Shown here one piece after another: positions 1 through 9,315 of a DNA stretch of 48,095 nucleotides. How positions within the stretch are numbered: the first letter of the stretch is position 1; the number at the start of each line of letters is the position of its first letter. Below the pieces are notes generated by a model. It saw only the letters and a list, made by a program, of their open reading frames with translations. It was not told where the DNA came from and did no database searches. The translations under genes were made by a program, and so were the position numbers. The stretch is taken from sequence record SRR20825019_1265; one strand, given 5' to 3'.

Positions 1-2
1 AG

Positions 3-488
3 GCGGGGCTGATCTGGTTCACGCGCGGCTATCTCGAATACCAGTTTCCCAACAATGCCAAGCTGGCACAGAACACCATTGAATCGATGGAGTTCATGCT
101 GGAGTTGAGCTCGGAAGTGCCCGGCACCTCGGCGGACTGGCCCAGCGACATTACCCTTTCCGTCAATGGCACGGAAATCGGCACCTGGCTGTCGACGGGC
201 GATTTTGGTGACAAGCGCGGCGTCTACACCCCCGACTGGTGGAAGCTCAAGGGCAGCCAATATGGCAAGCTCAAAAGCTGGCGCGTCACCACGGACGGCA
301 CCTATGTGGACGGGCTGAAGATTTCGCCGGTCTCGCTGCACGATTTGGATCTGGCCACCCACCATTCGATCCGGCTGCGTATCGCGGTCAAGCCCGACGC
401 CAAGCACCCGGGCGGTATCAACATTTTCGGCCGCGGCTTCGGCAATTATGATCAGGACATCATCCTGCGCCTGCAAACGGCGCCCTGA
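3..488 (+). CDS. ArsR-type transcriptional regulator with long C-terminal domain (5' partial; HTH lies outside the window)
   Basis: Frame is open from the window edge (AGLIWFTRGYLEYQFPN...ELSSEVPG...WPSDI...GDFGDKRG..TPDWW...SQYG.LK...FGRGFGNYDQDI). This resembles the C-terminal domain of ArsR-like regulators found beside arabinofuranosidase genes. Confidence 0.75.
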   Translation, partial: AGLIWFTRGYLEYQFPNNAKLAQNTIESMEFMLELSSEVPGTSADWPSDITLSVNGTEIGTWLSTGDFGDKRGVYTPDWWKLKGSQYGKLKSWRVTTDGTYVDGLKISPVSLHDLDLATHHSIRLRIAVKPDAKHPGGINIFGRGFGNYDQDIILRLQTAP

Positions 489-564
489 TTTATCCACGCA
501 TTCACATTTGGCGTTACATTCATCGGTAGAGCGCTAGCCGATTGGGAGCCCAATGGCGCCCGTT

Positions 565-640
565 TCAAAAATCATATTTTTGAGCTTGCGTGCATGTTCC
601 ACCGCCGCTACAAACGTCTTTACTGATATAAATCAGAAAA
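565..640 (+). promoter_or_regulatory. sigma70-like promoter of the GH51 gene flanked by two palindromic operator candidates
   Basis: TTGCGT(586-591)-N17-TACAAA(609-614). Perfect inverted repeat TCAAAAAT-cat-ATTTTTGA at 565-583 and TTTACTGAT-ataa-ATCAGAAAA (1 mismatch) at 619-640. Confidence 0.55.
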
Positions 641-662
641 ACGGAATTAGTGGGAGGAGCCG

Positions 663-2174
663 GTGAAGGCGTCCGTCATTGCCAACAAGGATTACACGAT
701 CGCCAAAATCGATGATCGTGTCTATGGGGCCTTTCTGGAGCATCTGGGCCGCGCGGTCTATGAGGGCATCTATGAACCCGACCACCCGAGCGCCGACAAG
801 AACGGCATGCGCGGCGATGTGATCGATCTGGTCAAGAAGCTCAACGTGCCCGTCGTGCGCTATCCGGGCGGCAACTTCGTCTCCGCCTATAACTGGGAAG
901 ATGGCATCGGCCCGCGTGAAGAACGCCCGGTACGGCTCGACCTCGCCTGGCACACCTCGGAAAGTAATGCCGTGGGCGTGCACGAATTCGCCGACTGGTG
1001 CGCCAGCGTCGGCACCGAAATGATGCTGGCCGTCAACCTTGGCTCACGCGGCGTCGATGAAGCGCGCAACTTCCTTGAATACTGCAACCACCCGGGCGGC
1101 TCCTACTGGTCCGACCTACGCATCAAGAACGGGCGCAAGGAGCCGTTCAACGTCAAGCTCTGGTGCCTCGGCAATGAGATGGACGGCCCCTGGCAGGTCG
1201 GTCACAAGGACGCGGACGAGTATGGCAAGCTTGCCGCCAATACGGCGCGTGCCATGCGCATGTTCGACAAAAACCTGGAACTGATCGTTTGTGGTTCGTC
1301 ACACTCGGATATGCCGAGTTTTCCCGACTGGGAACGCATCGTTCTCGAGCATACCTATGACCACGTGGACCACATTTCGCTCCACATGTATTTTGCCAAT
1401 CGCGATGACAATACGCCGAACTATCTCGGCCTCAGTCAAAAGCTTGACACCTATATCGAGACCGTTGCGTCGACGATCAAGCAGGTCAAGCACAAGAAGC
1501 GCTCGAAGAAGGACATCTATATCTCCTTTGACGAGTGGAACGTCTGGTACCATTCGAACAAAAAGGATCGCGAGATCCTGGATGGCAATGGCGGCTGGCC
1601 GCATGCGCCGGGGCTGCTCGAGGACATCTACAATTTCGAAGACGTGCTGATGGTGGGGTTGATCCTCAACACCTTCATCCGACGCTCGGACGTGGTGAAG
1701 ATTGCCTGTATCGCCCAGCTGGTGAACGTGATCGCGCCGATCATGACCGAAAAGGGCGGACCGGCCTGGGCGCAGACGATCTACTACCCATATTACTTTG
1801 CTTCAGTCTTCGGTCGTGGCACGGCGCTGCAGCTGGTGACAAGCTCGCCGGGCTATGAGACGCCGCATGACAAGGATACAGCGTTTGTCGACGTCTCCGG
1901 CGTGCACAATGAAGACGACGGCACGCTGAGCTTCTTCCTTGTCAATCGCCACACCAGCGAGAGCATCGAGACCGCTGTCAGCCTGCAGGGCTTTGCCAAT
2001 GCCACGATTATCGACCATCAGGTGATGACCCATCCCGATCTCAAGGCCGTCAATACGGCCAGCAAACAGGAAGAGGTTGCACCCAAGAAGGGCAGCGGAG
2101 CCAAAGTGGATGGCGACACGCTTTCCGTCGTCTTGCCGCCCTATTCCTACCAGATGGTACGGGTCAAAATCTAA
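663..2174 (+). CDS. abfA: alpha-L-arabinofuranosidase, GH51
   Basis: GTG start after SD GGGAGGAG. Motifs FLEHLGRAVYEG, RYPGGNF, acid/base WCLGNEMDG, nucleophile SFDEWNVW, AQLVNVIAPI. No signal peptide. Confidence 0.95.
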   Translation: MKASVIANKDYTIAKIDDRVYGAFLEHLGRAVYEGIYEPDHPSADKNGMRGDVIDLVKKLNVPVVRYPGGNFVSAYNWEDGIGPREERPVRLDLAWHTSESNAVGVHEFADWCASVGTEMMLAVNLGSRGVDEARNFLEYCNHPGGSYWSDLRIKNGRKEPFNVKLWCLGNEMDGPWQVGHKDADEYGKLAANTARAMRMFDKNLELIVCGSSHSDMPSFPDWERIVLEHTYDHVDHISLHMYFANRDDNTPNYLGLSQKLDTYIETVASTIKQVKHKKRSKKDIYISFDEWNVWYHSNKKDREILDGNGGWPHAPGLLEDIYNFEDVLMVGLILNTFIRRSDVVKIACIAQLVNVIAPIMTEKGGPAWAQTIYYPYYFASVFGRGTALQLVTSSPGYETPHDKDTAFVDVSGVHNEDDGTLSFFLVNRHTSESIETAVSLQGFANATIIDHQVMTHPDLKAVNTASKQEEVAPKKGSGAKVDGDTLSVVLPPYSYQMVRVKI

Positions 2175-2188
2175 GGCCTAACGCCGTC

Positions 2189-2267
2189 CTGGACCCGCAG
2201 GATGAACGGGTCCAGCACTGGCATTTTCATGAGGTCCGCCCCCAAAAGGCGGGCCTCACTGCATTTT
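2189..2267 (+). terminator. tandem hairpins after abfA
   Basis: CTGGACCCG/CGGGTCCAG (2189-2215) and GAGGTCCGCC/GGCGGGCCTC (2231-2257), each followed by CACTG(G)CATTTT. Confidence 0.55.
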
Positions 2268-2301
2268 GTATCATAGTTTTGGATTTACATCATAAAACGC
2301 A

Positions 2302-2336
2302 TTGACAGCCCCAACCCCCTAGTTAAGTATGACTTA
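2302..2336 (+). promoter_or_regulatory. promoter of the ABC operon with overlapping palindrome
   Basis: Consensus -35 TTGACA at 2302-2307 in an AT-rich intergenic region. Palindrome TAAGT-atg-ACTTA at 2324-2336 covers the expected -10 region. Confidence 0.45.
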
Positions 2337-2400
2337 TCGCAAGGTTGAGGAGCCTTGCGGAAGGAGGCGCAACAAGGCGCTTCGCAATGGGAGGACATCG

Positions 2401-4329
2401 ATGGATAGACGCAGTTTTCTGATCGGCACCACCGCGATCGGCGCACTCATGGTTGCAGGCAATGGCCTGGCCATGGCGCAGGACGCGGAAGGGTCGGCAC
2501 CGGATCTGGCGCAGTTCCCGCGCAATGAGACGGTCATCGTTCACAACCCCGAAGGGGTTATCCGCAATCCTGGCTGGTTCAATCTCTGGGCCAATGGCGG
2601 CGGCGGTCTTTCGACCGGCCTGCAGCAGCTTACAGCCGACACCTTCTGGTACATCGATCCCGATGCCGGCATCGAAGGCGCCAGCGAAAACGCTATCTAC
2701 TATTCCCTGGCCGAAGGCCCGTGGGAATATAATGACGACTTCTCCGAGATGACCGTACGCCTGCGCAAGGGCATCATGTGGAGCGACGGTGTCGAATTCA
2801 CTGCCGACGACGTGGTGTTTACAGTCGAGAAACAGGCCGCCACTCCGGGCACCGGCTGGTATGGCGCATTCTCTACCCAGATCGAAAGCGTCACCGCCGA
2901 GGACCCCTATACGGTCCACTTCGTGCTCAAGGCCCCGAACTCGCGCTTCCACACCACCTTCTCGGTGCGCTGGAACGCCGCCTGGATCATGCCCAAGCAT
3001 GTGTTCGAGGGTGTTGAGGACATCGTGGCGTTCGAGAACAACCCGCCGGTCAGCCTTGGCCCGTATACGCTGCACTCGTTCGACCCGAACGGCACTTGGT
3101 ATATCTGGGAAAAGCGCGAAGACTGGGACAAGACCACCATGGCATTGGTGGGCGAACCCAAGCCCAGATACATCATCTACCGGAACAATATCTCGACCGA
3201 CAATCGCCTGATCGAGATGCGCAACGGCAATCTGGACATGATCCACGATCTGTCGCCGGAAGGCACATTCTCGATCGTGGAACAGGATCCGGACGTGCAG
3301 GGCTGGTTCCCCGGCTTCCCCTATGCGCACCCCGATCCGACCCTGCCCATGGCCGTCTTCAACCTGCAGAACCCCAAGTTCCAGGACAAGCGGGTCCGCT
3401 GGGCACTCACCCTCATGCTGGATGCACGCGCCATGTCCATGGCGTCCTATCGCGGCGCCGCGACGCTCTCGGCAATCTCCATTCCGCCAACCGGCACGCA
3501 TCCGCGCGACTATCATGCGCCGCTGCAGGACTATCTGGTCAATTTCGAAATCGACACAGGAACGCGCGTCATCAAGCCGTACGACCCCGATGTCGGCCTG
3601 CAGATCGCCGAAATGGTTCGTCCGCAGTTTGGCGACCAGGTGCCGACCGATCCTGAGGCCATTCGTAATTCCTTCGGCTATGGCTGGTGGAAGACCGACG
3701 TGCAGGCGGCCGAGGAACTGCTCACTGCTGCCGGCTTCACCAAGAGCGGCAATCAGTGGATGCAGCCCGATGGCACGCCGTTCACGATCAGCGTGCTGGT
3801 GCCGCAGGAGGGCGTGATCAACCGTCTCGGTGTGATGATTGCCCAGAGCTGGAGCCAGAACGGGGTCCAGGCGACAGCCGAAGTGGCCACCGACATCTGG
3901 GATCGTACCGGTGCGGGTGACTTCGAAGTGGAAATCGGCTGGGCCGTGGAAACCTATGGCGGCCATCCGGACCTGGCGTTCTTCCTGGACAGCTACCACT
4001 CGTCCTTCGTGGTCGAGCCCGGTGAAACCCAGCCCGGTCGCAACTGGATGCGCTGGACCGATCCGCGCCTTGACGAGATCATCAACAAGGTTCGTGGCAT
4101 CGACTTCAACGACCCCAAGGCGATCGAATACGGACACGAGTTCGTCAAGCTCCACCTCGAGGAGATGCCGAACATTCCGATCATGTCCTACAATGTGTTC
4201 TCCATGCAGTCGAACCGGTTCTGGACCGGCTGGCCGGATGCCGAAAACAACTACGCCAACCCGGTGACCAACTGGTCGAACTCGAAGTATATCTTCACGC
4301 AGATCAGCCCGGTTGAAGGCGCTTCATAG
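2401..4329 (+). CDS. ABC transporter substrate-binding protein, family 5 (Opp/Dpp-like, probably oligosaccharide), Tat signal
   Basis: ATG 2401 after SD GGGAGGA. Twin-arginine signal MDRRSFL...AMA. Family-5 motif LRKGIMWSDGVEFTADDVVFT; GPYTL. Confidence 0.9.
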   Translation: MDRRSFLIGTTAIGALMVAGNGLAMAQDAEGSAPDLAQFPRNETVIVHNPEGVIRNPGWFNLWANGGGGLSTGLQQLTADTFWYIDPDAGIEGASENAIYYSLAEGPWEYNDDFSEMTVRLRKGIMWSDGVEFTADDVVFTVEKQAATPGTGWYGAFSTQIESVTAEDPYTVHFVLKAPNSRFHTTFSVRWNAAWIMPKHVFEGVEDIVAFENNPPVSLGPYTLHSFDPNGTWYIWEKREDWDKTTMALVGEPKPRYIIYRNNISTDNRLIEMRNGNLDMIHDLSPEGTFSIVEQDPDVQGWFPGFPYAHPDPTLPMAVFNLQNPKFQDKRVRWALTLMLDARAMSMASYRGAATLSAISIPPTGTHPRDYHAPLQDYLVNFEIDTGTRVIKPYDPDVGLQIAEMVRPQFGDQVPTDPEAIRNSFGYGWWKTDVQAAEELLTAAGFTKSGNQWMQPDGTPFTISVLVPQEGVINRLGVMIAQSWSQNGVQATAEVATDIWDRTGAGDFEVEIGWAVETYGGHPDLAFFLDSYHSSFVVEPGETQPGRNWMRWTDPRLDEIINKVRGIDFNDPKAIEYGHEFVKLHLEEMPNIPIMSYNVFSMQSNRFWTGWPDAENNYANPVTNWSNSKYIFTQISPVEGAS

Positions 4330-4343
4330 CGCTCCTCCCAGGG

Positions 4344-4393
4344 CGGCCCGGTATACCGGGCCGTTCGGCGGGGCGCGCCCCAGGGTGCGCCCC
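4344..4393 (+). other. intercistronic GC-rich hairpins after the SBP gene (mRNA stabiliser or partial terminator)
   Basis: Perfect 20-bp palindrome CGGCCCGGTATACCGGGCCG (4344-4363) and stem GGGGCGCGCC/GGTGCGCCCC (4370-4393). Confidence 0.55.
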
Positions 4394-4539
4394 TTCCTGT
4401 CTCCGGCTCCGATCACCCACGGGACGTCATTCCTGCGAGAGCAGTGACCTTCGTACCGGACCCGGCATGACAACCAACGGCTCGCCAAGGCGGGCTTCAC
4501 CGCGTGGGTCGAGTTTTCCAGGGCAGTCGAGGAGTCCGA

Positions 4540-5544
4540 ATGCACAGTTATCTCTGGTTTGTGGGGAAGCGCGCGCTGCAATTGCTGGCGGTGATCTTCT
4601 TCGGTGTTTCGGCAACCTTCCTGGTGACGCATCTGTCACCGATCAACCCGGTGGAATCGGCTCTGGGCCGGATGACCGCAAGGTCGGTTTCCAACCCGGA
4701 AGCCATCGTGGCGATGCGTGCCGCCCTGACCGAGCTCTATGGCGTCGATGAGCCCATCTGGAGCCAATATATCAATTTCTGGACCCGATTGGTGCAAGGT
4801 GACTTCGGCCCATCGCTGCTGGCCTTCCCGACGCCGGCGATGACGCTGGTGATGCGCGCCCTGCCCTGGACCGTCACCCTGCTGACCCTGGCCACGCTGA
4901 TCACCTTTGCCGTTGGCAACATCATGGGTGGCCTTGCCGGCTACAACCAGAACAACCGCTTCCTCAAGGCCTTTGGCCTGGTGGCTATCGGCATCCAGCC
5001 GATCCCCTATTACGTCGTCGCCTTCATCATGCTGATCCTGTTCGGGTTTGTCTGGCCGATCCTGCCGATTTCCGGCGGCTTTGCGATGAACGTAACGCCG
5101 GGCTGGAACTGGCCCTACATCTCCTCGGTCATCCAGCATGCCACCCTGCCCGCGCTCTCCCTGGTGCTGGTCGGATTTGGCGGCTGGTTCCTGGGCATGC
5201 GTGCACTGGTGTCCAATGTGGTCACAGAGGACTATGTGACCTATGCCGAACTGGCCGGTGTGAAGCGATCAACAATCGTGGGCGCCTATGTGATGCGCAA
5301 TGCGCTGCTGCCACAGCTGACGGCGCTGGCCATGGCGCTCGGAACCGTGTTCTCAGGCACGGTGATCACCGAACAGGTCTTCAACTATCCCGGGCTGGGC
5401 TCCCTGCTGATCGACGCGGTCAATGCCGGGGACTATTCGCTGGTGCTGGCCGTTGCGACCGTGTCGGTGACGGCGGTGGCGGTGTCGATTTTCATCGTGG
5501 ACCTGCTCTATCCCATTCTCGATCCACGCGTACGGGCGGAGTAA
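4540..5544 (+). CDS. ABC transporter permease (OppB/DppB-like)
   Basis: ATG 4540 after GAGGAG. GDFGPS, EAA-like loop EDYVTYAELAGVK, VITEQVFNYPGLG, LDPRVR ending. Confidence 0.92.
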   Translation: MHSYLWFVGKRALQLLAVIFFGVSATFLVTHLSPINPVESALGRMTARSVSNPEAIVAMRAALTELYGVDEPIWSQYINFWTRLVQGDFGPSLLAFPTPAMTLVMRALPWTVTLLTLATLITFAVGNIMGGLAGYNQNNRFLKAFGLVAIGIQPIPYYVVAFIMLILFGFVWPILPISGGFAMNVTPGWNWPYISSVIQHATLPALSLVLVGFGGWFLGMRALVSNVVTEDYVTYAELAGVKRSTIVGAYVMRNALLPQLTALAMALGTVFSGTVITEQVFNYPGLGSLLIDAVNAGDYSLVLAVATVSVTAVAVSIFIVDLLYPILDPRVRAE

Positions 5545-5548
5545 GACC

Positions 5549-6406
5549 ATGTTTGCCGTATTCCGCGACCTCATCCGCTACAATATCGAGTTCACCATCG
5601 GGCTGATCCTGGTGGGTGTGGTGGTTCTCTTTGCCAGCCTGAGCTTCTTCTCGCCGGTCGACCCGTCGCTGATCTACACGACCATCCCGGATCAGCCGCC
5701 TTCGGCACAGTTCTGGTTCGGCACCAATTCGCGTGGCCAGGACATGTTCTGGCAGCTTTCGGCGGCCTTCCGGAACAGTCTGACCTTCGGCCTCACCGTT
5801 GCCGTGCTGAGCCGCTTCATCTCCATCGCTGTGGGGCTGACAGCCGGCTATCTGGGCGGATGGGTCGACCGGGTGCTGATGTTCGTCAATGATATCTTTG
5901 TGGCCATCCCGATCTTCCCGGTGCTGGTGCTGTTCTATTTCGTGCTGCGCAACAATATGGACAGTTTCACGCTGGCGCTGATCATGGCCTGCTTCGGCTG
6001 GCCGTTCGACGCCCGCCTGATCCGCTCGGTGGCACTGGGTCTCAAGCACCGCGAATTTACCCGCCACGCTGTTTTTGCCGGAATGAGCACGCGCAAGATC
6101 CTGCTCGAAGAACACCTTCCCTATGTGATGCCCATCGTGTTCTCGACCTTCATGAACAACATGCTGTGGTCCATCGGCCTTGAGGTGACGCTGGCGGTGC
6201 TCGGCTTCACCAATATCAACAACCCGACGATCGGCACGGCGCTGTACTGGGCCAATTCGCACTCGGCCATGGTGGTGGGCGTGTGGTGGTGGATCGCCAT
6301 TCCGGTGATCCTGATGGTGATGACCTTTATCGGCCTGTTCCTGCTGGCCATCAGCATGAACGAATATATCGACCCGCGCAGCCGCCTGCGCCGCATGGGA
6401 GCCTGA
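5549..6406 (+). CDS. ABC transporter permease (OppC/DppC-like)
   Basis: PPSAQFWFGTNSRGQD motif, multiple TM segments, IDPR ending. Confidence 0.92.
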   Translation: MFAVFRDLIRYNIEFTIGLILVGVVVLFASLSFFSPVDPSLIYTTIPDQPPSAQFWFGTNSRGQDMFWQLSAAFRNSLTFGLTVAVLSRFISIAVGLTAGYLGGWVDRVLMFVNDIFVAIPIFPVLVLFYFVLRNNMDSFTLALIMACFGWPFDARLIRSVALGLKHREFTRHAVFAGMSTRKILLEEHLPYVMPIVFSTFMNNMLWSIGLEVTLAVLGFTNINNPTIGTALYWANSHSAMVVGVWWWIAIPVILMVMTFIGLFLLAISMNEYIDPRSRLRRMGA

Positions 6407-6409
6407 GCC

Positions 6410-7447
6410 ATGACCCAGGAAAAAGACATCATCCTCCAGGTCGAAGGGCTCAAGGCCTATTACCAGATGAACTATTTCGGTGTGAACCGGGAGGTTCGGG
6501 CGGTCGACGACATCACCATGACCATGCGCAAGAACGAGGTCTATGGCATTGCCGGGGAAAGCTCCTCGGGCAAGACCAGCTTCATCAAGGTGCTGGCCGC
6601 CGCCATCCGCCCGCCGCTGCGGGTGGTCGAGGGTACGGTGAAGTACAATTTCAAGAATGGCCCGATCGACGTAACCACGGCCAGTCCCGCGCAGATCGAG
6701 ACCGTGCGCTGGAAGCATCTGAGTTACATCATGCAGGGGTCGATGAGCGTGCTCAATCCGGTGCGCCGCATTGGCCGGACCTTCCAGGATTTTGCCCAGC
6801 GCCCGCTGGGGCTGACTGGCAAGGCATTCGAGGATCGCGTCATCAAGCATTTGGCGCGGCTCAACCTGCCGCCTGATGTCCTCAAGGCCTACCCGCACGA
6901 ATTGTCGGGCGGCATGCGGCAGCGTGTGACCATTGGCCTGGCGACCGTGTGCCACCCCGAATTCATCATCGCCGACGAACCGACCACGGCACTCGATGTG
7001 GTGGTGCAGAAGGAAGTGCTGAGCCTTATTCGCGACATCCAGAAGGAAATGGGCGCCTCGGTGGTGTTTGTAACTCACGACATGAGCGTGCATGCCAATG
7101 TCGCAGACCGCGTGGGCATCATCTATGCCGGGCGGCTGGTGGAGGAAGGGCCGACGCAGAAAATGTTCTTCACCCCCAAGCATCCCTATACGGCCCATCT
7201 GGTGGCGAGCCTGCCGCGCATTGGCGACACCCAGCAACGCCCTGCCCTAGAAGGCCGCCCACCCAATCTGGCAGATCCCCCGCAAGGCTGCCGGTTCCAT
7301 CCGCGTTGTCCATTGGCCGTCGACAAATGCCGCAAGGAGGTGCCGCCCATGATCGAGGTTGCTCCAGGACAGCGTAGCGCCTGCTGGCGCTGGGAAGACG
7401 TCAAGCCGCTGGTCAATATTGCGGCCCCGGCAGGAGCGATGGCATGA
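6410..7447 (+). CDS. ABC transporter ATP-binding protein (OppD-like)
   Basis: Walker A GESSSGKT, signature LSGGMRQ, Walker B IIADEPTTALD, C-terminal GCRFHPRC...C...C. Confidence 0.93.
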   Translation: MTQEKDIILQVEGLKAYYQMNYFGVNREVRAVDDITMTMRKNEVYGIAGESSSGKTSFIKVLAAAIRPPLRVVEGTVKYNFKNGPIDVTTASPAQIETVRWKHLSYIMQGSMSVLNPVRRIGRTFQDFAQRPLGLTGKAFEDRVIKHLARLNLPPDVLKAYPHELSGGMRQRVTIGLATVCHPEFIIADEPTTALDVVVQKEVLSLIRDIQKEMGASVVFVTHDMSVHANVADRVGIIYAGRLVEEGPTQKMFFTPKHPYTAHLVASLPRIGDTQQRPALEGRPPNLADPPQGCRFHPRCPLAVDKCRKEVPPMIEVAPGQRSACWRWEDVKPLVNIAAPAGAMA

Positions 7448-8358
7448 CGACACTTCTCGATGTGCAAAACGTATCCAAGCGCTTCACCATGGGCGGGATT
7501 TTCGGCCGCAAGACCATTGATGCGGTGATGGATGCCAGCTTTTCGCTGAGTTCGGAAAATCCGGAAATCTTCACGATTATCGGGGAGTCAGGGTCGGGCA
7601 AGACGACGCTGGCGCGCATGATCCTAGGCCTGGAAGATCCAACTGAAGGCGACATTCTGTTCCGCGGCGAGAAGGTGGACCGGCATGCCGGCCGCGCCGA
7701 GCGGCTCAAGTTCATGAGCCGGGTGCAGCCGGTGTTCCAGAACCCGTTCGAGGCGTTCAACCCGCTCAAGGAAATCGAGCGCTACCTTGAAAGCACGGCA
7801 CGACGCTTTCTGGGCACCTCGGACAAGGCCGCGATTGACAAGGCCATGGATGACGCCCTGCAGAAAGTGGGTCTGAGCCTGAAGGAAGTGCGCGGGCGGT
7901 TTCCGCATGAAATGAGCGGCGGGCAACTTCAGCGCTGTGCCATTGCCCGGGCATTGATCCCCAATCCGCCGCTGCTGATCGCGGACGAACCAGTGTCGAT
8001 GGTGGACGCCTCGCTGCGCATGAGCATCGTCAATCTGCTCAGGAGCCTGCGGGATGACCTCAAGGTGTCGGTGATCTACATCACCCATGACCTGGCGACG
8101 GCCTATTACATTTCCAACCGGCTGATCATCATGCAGCGCGGGCGGATCGTGGAAATGGGGGACGCGCGGACCGTACTCGACAATCCCGAGCACCCCTATT
8201 CGCGCCTGCTCAAGGCCTCCGTGCTGTCCACGGACGACGCGGGCGCCGGGAAGCTGGGCACCGATACGGGCATGCTTGACCTGGCCAATGACAGCGTCGG
8301 GCAAGCGGGTGAGTTGGTGGCGCGACCGGACGGGCGGCATGTGCGGGTGTATGCATGA
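7444..8358 (+). CDS. ABC transporter ATP-binding protein (OppF-like)
   Basis: GESGSGKT, MSGGQLQR, LIADEPVSMVD, HPYSRLL. ATGA overlap with the upstream gene. Confidence 0.93.
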   Translation: MTTLLDVQNVSKRFTMGGIFGRKTIDAVMDASFSLSSENPEIFTIIGESGSGKTTLARMILGLEDPTEGDILFRGEKVDRHAGRAERLKFMSRVQPVFQNPFEAFNPLKEIERYLESTARRFLGTSDKAAIDKAMDDALQKVGLSLKEVRGRFPHEMSGGQLQRCAIARALIPNPPLLIADEPVSMVDASLRMSIVNLLRSLRDDLKVSVIYITHDLATAYYISNRLIIMQRGRIVEMGDARTVLDNPEHPYSRLLKASVLSTDDAGAGKLGTDTGMLDLANDSVGQAGELVARPDGRHVRVYA

Positions 8359-9296
8359 GCGCACCCATTTTTCGCGATCCTGTCGAGGATGGCGCAGCCG
8401 ATCCGGTGGTCGTCAGGCGCGAAGGCACAGATGAATGGTGGATGTTTTACACCAATCGCCGGGCCAGCGCCGACGAACCCGGGTTCGGCTGGATCCATGG
8501 TTCGCCCATCGGCATTGCAGTATCTCAGGATGGCGGGTCGAGCTGGACATATCGGGGGACGGTGAAGGGCCTGGATGCACCAGGCGATGATGGCCTCAAT
8601 ACGCATTGGGCGCCCGAAATAGTGTTCGCCGAGGGGCAGTATCATATGTTCCTCAGCTATATCACCGGCACGCCGACGCATTGGAAAGTGCCGCGCACCA
8701 TTACACATTTCATCAGTCCGGACCTGGAAACCTGGACTCGGGTCGGGCCGCTGAAACTGTCCAGCAGCAATTGCATCGACGCCTGCGTTTTCCCCAGTCC
8801 CGATGGCCAATGGCGGCTGTGGTATAAGGATGAAGGACAGGGGTCGAGCACCTGGAGCGCGACCAGCCCCGACATGATGAGCTGGACCCTGGAAGGGCCG
8901 GTGCTGCCCGGATCACCGGATGCGCCGCCGCATGAAGGGCCCAATGTCTTCGCTTTGGGAGGCCATTACTGGCTGATCGTCGACGAATGGCGCGGACAGG
9001 CGGTGTACCGGTCGGACGATACGCTGCGCTGGACGCGGCAGGGGCTTATTGCGGATGCACCGGGGGCAGACTCGATGGACCAGCGCTATGCCCGCCACGC
9101 GGATGTGGTGGTCAATGGCGACCATGCCGCGATGTACTACTTCACCCATCCCGAATGGGATGAGCGCAGCCAGACTGACGGGCCGCCCGATATTGCGGCG
9201 CGGCGTACGGCGATCCACCAGGCCCGGCTGACCGTGGTGGACGGGGTGCTGGTATGCGAGCGGGATATTCCCAAGGATCTGGGGCTCCTGCGCTAA
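8355..9296 (+). CDS. GH43-like five-bladed beta-propeller glycoside hydrolase
   Basis: AADP (base), WAPE, CIDA (pKa modulator), HEGP (acid), RHADVV. ATGA-coupled to the ABC operon. No signal peptide. Confidence 0.8.
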   Translation: MSAPIFRDPVEDGAADPVVVRREGTDEWWMFYTNRRASADEPGFGWIHGSPIGIAVSQDGGSSWTYRGTVKGLDAPGDDGLNTHWAPEIVFAEGQYHMFLSYITGTPTHWKVPRTITHFISPDLETWTRVGPLKLSSSNCIDACVFPSPDGQWRLWYKDEGQGSSTWSATSPDMMSWTLEGPVLPGSPDAPPHEGPNVFALGGHYWLIVDEWRGQAVYRSDDTLRWTRQGLIADAPGADSMDQRYARHADVVVNGDHAAMYYFTHPEWDERSQTDGPPDIAARRTAIHQARLTVVDGVLVCERDIPKDLGLLR

Positions 9297-9315
9297 TCAA
9301 GGGCGAGAGTTCGGG

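Noticed and set aside
490-498. DnaA-box-like TTATCCACG
   Set aside because: Single imperfect copy with no origin context.
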